Assembly (NCBI GenBank): GCA_048937405.1
Contig: JBHLNF010000009.1
Location: 96,001-160,000 of the forward strand
Direction: 5' to 3'
Origin: Promethearchaeota archaeon
Lineage (GTDB): Archaea > Asgardarchaeota > Lokiarchaeia > Sigyniarchaeales > SOKP01
DNA length: 64,000 bases
A program made the translations under genes and the position numbers. Under the pieces are notes generated by a model that was not told where the DNA came from, made no database searches, and saw nothing but the letters and a program-made list of their open reading frames with translations. Within the stretch, counting starts at the first letter, position 1, and each line of letters opens with the position of its first letter. Positions 30,734 through 39,875 of the stretch are shown one piece after another.

Positions 30734-31315
30734 CTATTTTTTTTTCCAATAAGTAAAGTATACTATTATAAGTATAATCAACGCAGGAATTCCGAGTAAA
30801 ATTAATATCCACATTAAGGTTAAAAACCATGAATAAACCCAATATCCCCATGGCTTATTCCCAATTGGTGTATTATAATTTCCATCTGCAGCAATATAAA
30901 TACAATAAGCTATAAACATAAAGAAACCAAAACCACCACCCCCACCCCAATTTTGCTTTCTATGCTTTTCCTTTTTGTTTCTTGCTTTAAACCACTCTTG
31001 ATCTTCTGTGGGTAACTTACTCCACCATATGTATCCTCCTAAGCCAAAAAATAATGCTGCCGGAGCGCCCACAAATAGTAATTCCGCTAATATTAATTGT
31101 ATAAAGAATCCAACGATATAATTTAGTGTCCAATTTCCAATAAAGCCTGTTTGTGGGTCAACGAAAGGATTTACCTCTATTATCCAAAACAATGTCAAGA
31201 TAGCTCCTATAATTAAAAAAACAGCTGCTACAATCATCACTATAAAAGCATTAGTATGTTTCTTTATTGTTTCTTTCCAGAATTGTTCTTCACTTATATC
31301 ATTACTATTTTCCAT
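30734..31315 (-). CDS. Hypothetical membrane protein (4 TM)
   Basis: Four hydrophobic segments; GGGGG motif. Confidence 0.75.
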   Translation of the reverse strand: MENSNDISEEQFWKETIKKHTNAFIVMIVAAVFLIIGAILTLFWIIEVNPFVDPQTGFIGNWTLNYIVGFFIQLILAELLFVGAPAALFFGLGGYIWWSKLPTEDQEWFKARNKKEKHRKQNWGGGGGFGFFMFIAYCIYIAADGNYNTPIGNKPWGYWVYSWFLTLMWILILLGIPALIILIIVYFTYWKKK

Positions 31316-31501
31316 ATAAATTCCCCATTAATTTCATTAAAATTTTTATGTATTGACAGGAAAAATGAGTATTTAAACTTATCTACTCATAATCATTATA
31401 TCCCAAAAATTTTTATACTCTAAGGCTTATTTGGAACTATTATACGATTTGATAATTGAAAAATTAATAAAGACTGAGAACTATAAACATTATAAGGATA
31501 T

Positions 31502-31525
31502 AAATTATAATGATCCTAACAATTT
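31502..31525. promoter_or_regulatory. Degenerate copy of the putative MarR operator upstream of marR
   Basis: aaattataatGATCCTAACaattt carries the right half-site of the 32079 palindrome. Confidence 0.5.
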
Positions 31526-31534
31526 AGTGTAAAT

Positions 31535-31999
31535 ATGAATGAAGAAGAAACTTCTGGATTATGCGATAATTCATGTAAACCTGAATCTATTGTTGATGTG
31601 TTTTCTTTAATTAATACTTTAAGTAAGAAATATGAAAAATTAAAGCGAAATAATATTCAGGAATTAGAACTAACACCAGCACAGTATTTTATATTAAGTC
31701 AACTATGGGAATCAGATGGACAACAATTTAAAGAATTAGCAGAAAAATGTGGATGTTCAAGATCCACCATTACTGGGGTGGTAGATACAATGGAAAAAAA
31801 GATGATAGTTACTCGTGAATTACATCCTTCTGATAGGAGAAGCCTACTTGTCAAACTTACAAAAAAGGGTAAAAACTTAAAAAATGAAACACCACCTCTA
31901 GAATCGATCCTTGATGGATGCTGCCCAGAAATTAATGAAGAAGAGATGAAAAAGTTAGGGGAATTACTTCAGAAATTATTAAACTCACTAAAATATTAA
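31535..31999 (+). CDS. Cys-rich MarR-family regulator
   Basis: LTPAQY..L..LW, DRR...LTKKG; CDNSC, CGC and CC clusters. Confidence 0.92.
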   Translation: MNEEETSGLCDNSCKPESIVDVFSLINTLSKKYEKLKRNNIQELELTPAQYFILSQLWESDGQQFKELAEKCGCSRSTITGVVDTMEKKMIVTRELHPSDRRSLLVKLTKKGKNLKNETPPLESILDGCCPEINEEEMKKLGELLQKLLNSLKY

Positions 32000-32078
32000 C
32001 GCTTTAACTTGTCCTCCTCTTAAGTTTTACTTTTGATTATTTTGTTAGGTACTTAATTATACGAAACGAAACATTTAT

Positions 32079-32098
32079 ATAGTTAGGATCCCAACTAT
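32079..32098. promoter_or_regulatory. Palindromic operator overlapping the TATA box
   Basis: atagttaGGATCCcaactat (20 bp, one mismatched pair) abutting tttatata 32074-81; related sites near 32042 and 32120. Confidence 0.7.
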
Positions 32099-32140
32099 CA
32101 ATTATCTAACAATTAAATATTAATGAGGTCCTAATTACTT

Positions 32141-32224
32141 ATGGAAGATAAAGATAAAGAATGTTGTTCTGAAAAACCAAAAAATGATGAAGAGGAATCC
32201 CATTCAAAGGAAGGATGTTGTTAA
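32141..32224 (+). CDS. 27-aa acidic CC/CC micropeptide, putative metal-binding (not in the ORF track)
   Basis: MEDKDKECCSEKPKNDEEESHSKEGCC*; GAGGT RBS at 32125-29; TATA box upstream. Confidence 0.7.
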   Translation: MEDKDKECCSEKPKNDEEESHSKEGCC

Positions 32225-32383
32225 ATTAACAGAATTCAATCAAAAGTAATATTGAAAAAATATAATCTCAAGTTTTTTATTTTTTTTTTGATTTATTCGA
32301 TTGAAATTATAAATTTAGTATGACTGATTGTGAATAAAAATTAAAAAGTAATTATCCAAAATATCAAAATACGATAAATAGGT

Positions 32384-34072
32384 GTGAATAAAATAGCAGT
32401 AGTCTACATGCGTAAATTGGAATTAGAACCTGAGACTTATGAATCAAAATTCACTGAACTTGCAAAAGGTACGAATATCAAAGTTCAGAATTGGATATTA
32501 GAACGAATCAAAGCACCACAAATTATACTCGAAGTAGGGTGCGGTACAGGGACTCTTGCTAAAAAAATGGCCCTAAATGGAAATCAAGTCTTAGCAATTG
32601 ATAAAAACTTACAAATGATCGACACTGCTATGAAAAATTTTCCTTCTGAACCCAACACGAAACTTTTATACCAAATAGGATCTATCACTGATTTACCTGC
32701 TGAAGATAATTCTAAAGATTTGATTGTAAGTACTTTTATGCTTTCAGAACTTAGACCACTTGAACAACAAAATTTTCTGAGAAATGCTTGGAAGGTTTTA
32801 AAACCGAATGGTCGGATGATACTTGCTGCAGAATTTGTCCCTTCAGGGATTTGGAAAATTTTATTTAACATTAAACGTTGGAAATACAAAAAGAAATTAA
32901 GAAGACTCCGACTGCCGAGTACATTTGTAGTCAAATGGTTTTTCAATTATTTAGAGCCCATTGGTTTTAAATTAATGGCAGAAAAAAAATGGAATCATGG
33001 TTCTATTCGAGTTATTGAATTAAAGAAGATTCAGAATGATAATTTAAAAGAACCTGGTTATTATCGTCCTAAGCCTAAAAAGTTTAAAGGAATTCGGGCT
33101 CAAATGAATATTTATCGTTGTATTTTTACAGGACAGGTAGATCACATACCAATTGAGCCAGGGATTTACAAATCGGGGTCTCCTGATATGAATTCGCCTA
33201 TTCTTGTTACTGCTAATTACATTTATACATATATTAAATTAATGCGTGCTCTTAAAGGGATTGATGCTTGGGTATTATGTGTTGACTCAAATGGGATAAA
33301 TGTTTGGTGTGCAGCTCGAGGAAATAATTTTGGAAATAAGCAATTGATTGAAGTTGTAGAAGCAACTGACATCGCAGATGTCTCCAATAAGAAAACATTG
33401 ATTCTTCCTCAACTTTCCGCGGGAGGAGTTGCATCACCACTGATAAAAAGTGAAGCCCCAAATTTCAAATATAATATTCTATTTGGACCTGTATGGGCGA
33501 AAGACATCCCTAAATTTCTAAATGAACGCCCTACCCGAAAACCGGATAAGATGAAATTAGCTAAATTTACGGCTTCTCATCGTTTGCGTGCAGCCATTAC
33601 ACATACTACATTTTTATTACGGAAAATTTTCTTTTGGCCAAGTATTGTTCTAATATTAATTTTTCTTGGACTAAATATGGCAAGTATTATAGATGTGAAT
33701 AAACTATTGTTTATTGGTGAAATCTGGCTATGGGTTATTATAACAAATATATCCATTATGATTTTATTTCCTCTTACAAATTTTACACGAAAATTTATTA
33801 CTAAGGGTATTATTTATGGAGTTATTAACGTCTTTCTCTTAAGTTATATTTCTTGGCTTTTTCATACTTCACTACTTTTGATATTCTGGCAATCATTTTT
33901 TTATTTTTGGCTAGCATTTTTTTCTACTATGTCATATAGTGGGTATACTATGGCAACAAGTCCTCGAGAGATTCAAGATGAATATCCTACTTTCAGTAAA
34001 ATCAATATGATATTATTAATAATTGGCATTATTACTTTAGCTACAGGTTTCATCTTACCCTTGATATTTTAA
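32384..34072 (+). CDS. Class I SAM methyltransferase fused to an HgcA-like corrinoid-binding domain and ~5 TM helices
   Basis: LEVGCGTG, STFMLSEL; PIEPGIY, SPILVTANY, GINVWCAARG, LILPQLSAGGV, FGPVWA; hydrophobic C-terminus. Confidence 0.88.
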   Translation: MNKIAVVYMRKLELEPETYESKFTELAKGTNIKVQNWILERIKAPQIILEVGCGTGTLAKKMALNGNQVLAIDKNLQMIDTAMKNFPSEPNTKLLYQIGSITDLPAEDNSKDLIVSTFMLSELRPLEQQNFLRNAWKVLKPNGRMILAAEFVPSGIWKILFNIKRWKYKKKLRRLRLPSTFVVKWFFNYLEPIGFKLMAEKKWNHGSIRVIELKKIQNDNLKEPGYYRPKPKKFKGIRAQMNIYRCIFTGQVDHIPIEPGIYKSGSPDMNSPILVTANYIYTYIKLMRALKGIDAWVLCVDSNGINVWCAARGNNFGNKQLIEVVEATDIADVSNKKTLILPQLSAGGVASPLIKSEAPNFKYNILFGPVWAKDIPKFLNERPTRKPDKMKLAKFTASHRLRAAITHTTFLLRKIFFWPSIVLILIFLGLNMASIIDVNKLLFIGEIWLWVIITNISIMILFPLTNFTRKFITKGIIYGVINVFLLSYISWLFHTSLLLIFWQSFFYFWLAFFSTMSYSGYTMATSPREIQDEYPTFSKINMILLIIGIITLATGFILPLIF

Positions 34073-34160
34073 AACAAATTAAAATAAATACAATAAAAAA
34101 ATAATATTAATATGAGAAAAAAAGGTGGTTAAAATTACATTAAAATCAAAATCAGTTAAA

Positions 34161-34430
34161 ATGGCAATACTCATTCCAAAAATCTCAATTAATCCTGATT
34201 TATGTACGGGTTGTGGTATTTGTGGAGAAGTTTGTCCTTTTGGGATTCCAACTCCAGATGCAGAAGGGAAATATAGAATCAGTGAACCAGAACGTTGTAC
34301 GGAATGTTCTGCTTGTAAAAAAAATTGTCCTACAATGGCAATTCTCCTGCAAGAACAAAAAGGTTGTGGTTGTTTATGGAATGCACGTAGAGTTTCTAAA
34401 AATCCTCCAAATAACAGTTGTTGTGGATAA
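34161..34430 (+). CDS. HgcB-like 2x[4Fe-4S] ferredoxin with C-terminal Cys tail (upstream GTG at 34125 also possible)
   Basis: CTGCGICGEVCP, CTECSACKKNCP, GCGC, terminal SCCG. Confidence 0.85.
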   Translation: MAILIPKISINPDLCTGCGICGEVCPFGIPTPDAEGKYRISEPERCTECSACKKNCPTMAILLQEQKGCGCLWNARRVSKNPPNNSCCG

Positions 34431-34461
34431 GATCCACTTAAAATTCTTATTTTCTTACTAA

Positions 34462-35328
34462 TTAATATATAAATGTCTTCTTTTCCTTTTCTAGGAAGCT
34501 TTTCTTGATCAATAAATCCATTTCAGCATTTAACCAACAGAGTTCATCATAAGTACAGCTTGAATTAAACACTTCTCCTGCTTTTTGTTTTATATCTTCA
34601 ATAGAGGGCATATCAAGATTCATTTTCTGAATTTTTTCCGCTAACATCCAACATAAATCATTATAAGAGTATTTATCTAAGGAGAGAAAATAAGCTGCTT
34701 CTCTTATTTGCGTTTGTAGGTCAGGTTCTTCTGATGTTATCTCAATAAATTTTGGTTTAATTTTTCTATGTTCTTTAATTTGTTGTAACCAAGCTTCTAC
34801 ATCTGAAATTTCCTCAGTTTGAATTTGATCAGATGATTCTTCAAACTTAATGAATTTAACAGCACTATAGCTTTCATTTTCTCCTTTTTTTGCTTCCAAG
34901 ATTCTATGATTTTTGATCTGTTGGAACCATTGTACTATTCTCTCTTCTGAAATTCCTTCGAACGTAGCAGAATTCACACTCTCAAGTGGTGTCTCAAAAA
35001 CGAATTCAGGTCTCCGCTCTATTGTTTTGCCAGGAATATGTCCTTTTCTAAGATCATGTATCATCGCTAAAAAGGCACCATATTCTCTCTTTTGTTTCAT
35101 GATAAGTATTTTTGCAGATCCTCCTCTCTTTTTGTCAATATTCCTTGCAATCTCTGCAGTAATATCTTTTTTATTTTTTTTTACTTCTAATCCAACCCAA
35201 ATATAAATTGTATTTTTTTCCTCATCATCAACAAGATAAACATCATTTTCATTGAAAGGTAAACTGTCTATCTTTATCAATTCCCCATTATCGGCAATAC
35301 TGAATAGTTGCATTATTTTCACTCTCAA
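34462..35328 (-). CDS. One-domain gelsolin with C-terminal domain X (1DGelX-type)
   Basis: FNENDVYLVD...IYIWVG gelsolin core; duplicated YxxLCWxxAE domain. Confidence 0.85.
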   Translation of the reverse strand: MRVKIMQLFSIADNGELIKIDSLPFNENDVYLVDDEEKNTIYIWVGLEVKKNKKDITAEIARNIDKKRGGSAKILIMKQKREYGAFLAMIHDLRKGHIPGKTIERRPEFVFETPLESVNSATFEGISEERIVQWFQQIKNHRILEAKKGENESYSAVKFIKFEESSDQIQTEEISDVEAWLQQIKEHRKIKPKFIEITSEEPDLQTQIREAAYFLSLDKYSYNDLCWMLAEKIQKMNLDMPSIEDIKQKAGEVFNSSCTYDELCWLNAEMDLLIKKSFLEKEKKTFIY

Positions 35329-35478
35329 GTACTTTCTAATAATATAAAAATAAATGAATTTAAGATTTAAAAATCTTTTTTGCCTTCATGATTTTTAGAT
35401 TTCCTTAAGTTTTTTAATATGATCTCTATTATGTTCTTAAGAAATATTTATTTTATAAATTTCAATCACTTTTAAAAA

Positions 35479-36015
35479 ATGAGAAAAGATATGGCAGATA
35501 ATAAAGATTTCACTCCACAAGAATATGAAGACCTCATTAAAGAATTAATAAAGGAGAATGAACAACTTAAAAAGAAAATAGCTGAATTAGAACATCGACA
35601 TCAAGAATATAGAGTTCAAAGAGAGACAATAGATGCTCCTAAACCCGTTATCGAAACCCATGACTCTATAGTTGACATGTCACCACCTAAAATTACAGAA
35701 GAAAAATTTCAATCTGAAAAATTAGTTGAAAAACCTCCAATAGAAGAGGAGATCAAGCCTATTGAACAAACACATAAAAGAATCCATTCAGAATCGATTT
35801 TTTCTGAAAATGTAGCCCCTCTTGAAATGCATAAAGGAGACATTATGATAGGAGATTCAAGAAGAGAATGTCCTAAATGTGGAAATAAAAATAAGGCACT
35901 TATTCGAGAAACAGTAGATAAAACTCATATAATATGTAACTATCCCCGAATGTATGGAAAAAAATATCATTGTGGGGATTGTGGCGTAGAATGGCGAGTT
36001 CCAATAGAAATGTAG
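35479..36015 (+). CDS. Coiled-coil plus C-terminal zinc ribbon protein
   Basis: Heptads at aa 15-45; CPKCG...DKTHII..YP.MYGKK..CGDCGVEW. Confidence 0.75.
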   Translation: MRKDMADNKDFTPQEYEDLIKELIKENEQLKKKIAELEHRHQEYRVQRETIDAPKPVIETHDSIVDMSPPKITEEKFQSEKLVEKPPIEEEIKPIEQTHKRIHSESIFSENVAPLEMHKGDIMIGDSRRECPKCGNKNKALIRETVDKTHIICNYPRMYGKKYHCGDCGVEWRVPIEM

Positions 36016-36169
36016 ATAAATTTTTTTACCTTTATATTACTTTTATTATTCCCATCTGAATCTTAAGATAACTGTAAAATTTTAAATAAAACATGTTCGG
36101 TTTTAACTTTAAATTATATTCTTCTTTATTATTTTTATATTATACACTAAAGATGAGATTATTAAAACT

Positions 36170-36496
36170 ATGAGTAATAAAAATATCAAGAAAGTAATCA
36201 TGAATTTAGACTCGCTACTCGATTATCAAAAAGATTCTGTTGTAAGTAGAGCTTTAATAAATAAAGATGTTGGTACGGTTACACTATTCTCGTTTGATAA
36301 AGGGGAAGGATTAAGCGAGCATACTGCACCATTTGATGCCTTGGTTTTCATTTTCGAGGGAAAAGCTGAAATAACAATCTCTAATGAGAAATTTGATCTT
36401 AAAAGCGGTCAACTTATTATAATGCCTGCAAATGAACCACATGCTTTATATGCTCCAGAAAAATTTAAAATGATGTTAATTATGATAAAATCTTAA
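36170..36496 (+). CDS. Cupin domain protein
   Basis: FDKGEGLSEHTAPFDA, MPANEPHAL. Confidence 0.92.
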   Translation: MSNKNIKKVIMNLDSLLDYQKDSVVSRALINKDVGTVTLFSFDKGEGLSEHTAPFDALVFIFEGKAEITISNEKFDLKSGQLIIMPANEPHALYAPEKFKMMLIMIKS

Positions 36497-36539
36497 ATAA
36501 TAAGATCCCTTTTATTATTTCATATTCTTTATATTATAT

Positions 36540-36698
36540 ATGTCAGAAAGAGAGATCTCTGAAGAGGAATTAGAGGAAAAATTAAAAAAAGCTCTTAATG
36601 CCAGTGAGAAAAAAAGAGATGTATTTAAGATTTTGAGAAGCGAAAAAGAGGCTTTAGAGATAAAAGAGAAGCGAATGAAAGAAAAATTCAAATATTAA
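36540..36698 (+). CDS. Small charged coiled-coil protein, 52 aa (not in the ORF track)
   Basis: MSEREISEEELEEKLKKALNASEKKRDVFKILRSEKEALEIKEKRMKEKFKY*; T-tract downstream. Confidence 0.6.
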   Translation: MSEREISEEELEEKLKKALNASEKKRDVFKILRSEKEALEIKEKRMKEKFKY

Positions 36699-36733
36699 TT
36701 ATGGCTTAATTCTTTTTTCTTTATAAATTTAAA

Positions 36734-37969
36734 TTAAGCAGAATTTTTTTTTATATCTGTAATGATATGCTTGGAAAAAGTATATAAAAGCATTGTTACT
36801 ACAATAAAAAATACTGACGCTATCAATATAGCAAAATAAAGTGTTGTATTGTTATAATAATTTAAAAAAGGTGCAAGTGTTATTGGGACTAATGCTATCC
36901 CTGTAAAATATGATGCTGTTAAAGAACCTGCTAAAGCACCTCGTCTTTGGGAAGATAAAACTTGACTATAATAAGTTATTGATGTAAAGAGCATTCCTCC
37001 TGCTATTCCAGATAGAAACCAACCAAATGATAAAATTATAAATCTCTTTTGATTAGTTATATCTCCTATGGCTAAAAAAATAACAATTGAAGTAATTAGT
37101 ATTGTAGAACCCAAAAGTAAAGGTAGTTTTGGATCCTCTCTTTTTATTAAATTTCCTGTTAGAATCCCTGCTATAGCAGCTCCAATTCCCGCTAAACTTA
37201 AGATTAAACCTACAAGTAATAACGAGACATTTGCTTCTATAAGATTTTTCGAGGTCCAGATATTAATTGCTATATATGTATGAGATATTAAGAAAGCAGA
37301 AAGTATCATAAGAATAACTGGAATGCGACGCCATTCTTTTGATAATTGACTTAAAAAAGTACGAATTCCTAAATCCTTCACTTTCTTTTGAGGAGGTCTT
37401 TTAACCAAAATGAAATAAACTAAGCAAAAACCTGAAATCGTAATAAATATAATATAAATCCACTGCCAGGTTATATTCAGGATTATAAGAGTAGCGATTA
37501 ATGGACCTAATCCCACTCCTAAATTTGCACTAGCACTTAATAAACCCATTTTCTTAGCTACATTCTGCGAAGGGGTAATATCGATCATTAGAGCTATTAG
37601 AACAGGGTTAATAAAACCAAATCCTATTCCCCCTACTATATTAGCAATTATATACATCTCTAAATTAATTGAAAATCCTGCTGTCAACATCGCAATAGTA
37701 AATAAGATTAAACCCAATATTAATACTGGGATTCTACCTTTAATATCAGAAATCGCCCCAGAAAAGAGTTGCGTTATTGCAAATGGTATCATAAAAGAAG
37801 GAATAGCAATTAATAAATTATCAAGATTGACTTGAAAATACGAAGAAAGAACTCCAAATAAAACATTAATAATATTTCCTGTCATAGGACCTAACAGAAA
37901 TAACAAAAATATAACGAATTCAAGTAATTTTGAGTAGTAAGTAGATTGTTCTAGGGTACTCTGATACAT
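36734..37969 (-). CDS. MFS transporter
   Basis: GAISDIKGR motif A; ~12 TM. Confidence 0.9.
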   Translation of the reverse strand: MYQSTLEQSTYYSKLLEFVIFLLFLLGPMTGNIINVLFGVLSSYFQVNLDNLLIAIPSFMIPFAITQLFSGAISDIKGRIPVLILGLILFTIAMLTAGFSINLEMYIIANIVGGIGFGFINPVLIALMIDITPSQNVAKKMGLLSASANLGVGLGPLIATLIILNITWQWIYIIFITISGFCLVYFILVKRPPQKKVKDLGIRTFLSQLSKEWRRIPVILMILSAFLISHTYIAINIWTSKNLIEANVSLLLVGLILSLAGIGAAIAGILTGNLIKREDPKLPLLLGSTILITSIVIFLAIGDITNQKRFIILSFGWFLSGIAGGMLFTSITYYSQVLSSQRRGALAGSLTASYFTGIALVPITLAPFLNYYNNTTLYFAILIASVFFIVVTMLLYTFSKHIITDIKKNSA

Positions 37970-38209
37970 GTTTTCAATTATTGGTAATTCTTATTTAAAT
38001 TATTGTCTTTTAATTTAAAGTAAACCTATATGTATTATTAATTGATAAATGAATGGTTTAAATAGTTAAATAAAAATAGTAAAAGGATGTTAGTTATTAA
38101 ATAAGCTGTTTCTGAAGACTTAATATAGAAAACTCGAGACCTGTTCATTGAATATACTAATTATTTAAATATAGATTTGGATTTTCAAAATTTCGAAGAA
38201 GAATGATAA

Positions 38210-39763
38210 CTAAGGGGATATTTCAATGGGAATATTACGAATAGGTAAAATTACTTCAGTTTTTTCATTTTTAAAAAATTTTTTAAAAAATTCAGGATGT
38301 TCAGTATGGATTGGAATTAGTTTTTTGGGAACAATTTCATTTATAAATCTAATTAAATCATGAGGTTTAACATGACCTGACGCATGAATCCGGTATGAAG
38401 GCACACCAATATCTAACAAATCTGTTGATATAAATCTCTTATCCATTCGATATTCCTCTGAGTAGGGATCTACACTGGATGAAATAAAAGCACCTCGTAA
38501 GTTTTTAGGTATAAATTTCTTTATTGTGGCAAAATCTTGAATAGAGGTGATATATAAAAAAAACTTTTTATTCATATATTTTAAATCTTCTAGACTAATA
38601 ATCCGCTCATCATTTTCAATAGAATTTAACAACCGATCAAGATCCTTTTTCCATTGAAAATTACGTTTTTCATATGAGAGAATAATGATATTTTCAGTTG
38701 TAGTTAAATTTGGATCTTTCATTGAACGGTATATTGCCTTTTTATTCAAACGATTATAAAAATATGCGTCTTTATCAGAGATTATGTATTTCCAATTATA
38801 CTTTTTCGCAATATCTACATAAGTTCTAAACCGATCCCAATCTACTCTTTCATACTGAACAATGATATAATCAAATGGTATAATATTGAATAACTTTCTT
38901 AAATGCCTCTTTACTATCCTCTCAGATTCAATTGAGCCTTTATGTACGCTTGTTCCTTCACAAATCAATGCGATTATTTTTCCCCCTCTTTTAGTAAAAT
39001 CATTTAATTGTTTAGCTTTAGTTTTACTTATTTCTTTAACCTTTTTTATTAAATCTGCGGTCAAAAATTGAAGGTGACCATGCATTCTAAAATCTCCTGT
39101 ATAAACAATTATTCCCGCTGATGTGCATATAATAAACCCATAAGCAGCAGGAATAGAATGATCAACATGAATAGGATAAATTTCCATTTTTTTAAGTTTG
39201 ATAATATCACCTGTCCTAAATTTTATCCATTTTAATCCATATAAGAAATTTTCAAACCTTTGAGCTGAACTTCTTGAGCAGGCTTTAATAATTCTTTTTG
39301 TAACTACTCCTGTGTAAATTGGGATATTACGATTTAGAAATGATATTCCTCGATAATGATCTCTATGAGGGTGAGAAATTAAAACGCCATCAAGATTTGA
39401 AGGAGGATCAATCTTTTCTTTACATTCTCTTACTTTTTGAGGATATTTAAGTTTTTTATGATCAAAAATAAAATTGGAGGAATAAAGGTTCTTCACTGGA
39501 AGATCAATTTCTCTAGGTAATATATTATGATCTTTTAAAGCTTTAATTTCATTAATATCTGGAAAATTTGCTCGAAACATGGAAAAATCAGTAGTGTTGA
39601 TCCCAAAATCTAAAAGTAATTTTACATTATATCCGAAATCTTCCAAAAGAACAATATTACCTCCAACCTTGCATAAACCACCGAGGAAAGTTAATTTTAC
39701 TTTATTCTCCAAAAATTTCATCTTATTGGAATCTATAATTAAGCTGATCATAATCATTGACAA
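38210..39763 (-). CDS. MBL-fold beta-CASP ribonuclease, RNase J-like (likely start 39721)
   Basis: GG..KVGGN, DFG, SHPHRDH, VDHS, YTGDFR, CEGT, HASGH, PIHTE. Confidence 0.88.
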   Translation of the reverse strand: MSMIMISLIIDSNKMKFLENKVKLTFLGGLCKVGGNIVLLEDFGYNVKLLLDFGINTTDFSMFRANFPDINEIKALKDHNILPREIDLPVKNLYSSNFIFDHKKLKYPQKVRECKEKIDPPSNLDGVLISHPHRDHYRGISFLNRNIPIYTGVVTKRIIKACSRSSAQRFENFLYGLKWIKFRTGDIIKLKKMEIYPIHVDHSIPAAYGFIICTSAGIIVYTGDFRMHGHLQFLTADLIKKVKEISKTKAKQLNDFTKRGGKIIALICEGTSVHKGSIESERIVKRHLRKLFNIIPFDYIIVQYERVDWDRFRTYVDIAKKYNWKYIISDKDAYFYNRLNKKAIYRSMKDPNLTTTENIIILSYEKRNFQWKKDLDRLLNSIENDERIISLEDLKYMNKKFFLYITSIQDFATIKKFIPKNLRGAFISSSVDPYSEEYRMDKRFISTDLLDIGVPSYRIHASGHVKPHDLIRFINEIVPKKLIPIHTEHPEFFKKFFKNEKTEVILPIRNIPIEISP

Positions 39764-39875
39764 AGCATTAAATAAATTTCTAGAAGAAATTAAATAAAGT
39801 AATCACTAAAGAATTTATTGCAATATTTTAGGGAAAGATATTTATTTATAAACATAAATTTGATTTATCAAGAAG

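Noticed and set aside
32384-34072. Assigning the symbol hgcA outright, or calling it cdhD/arsM
   Set aside because: Cap motif and architecture deviate from canonical HgcA; TM tail and linked ferredoxin argue against CdhD; the MTase domain lacks ArsM-type Cys residues
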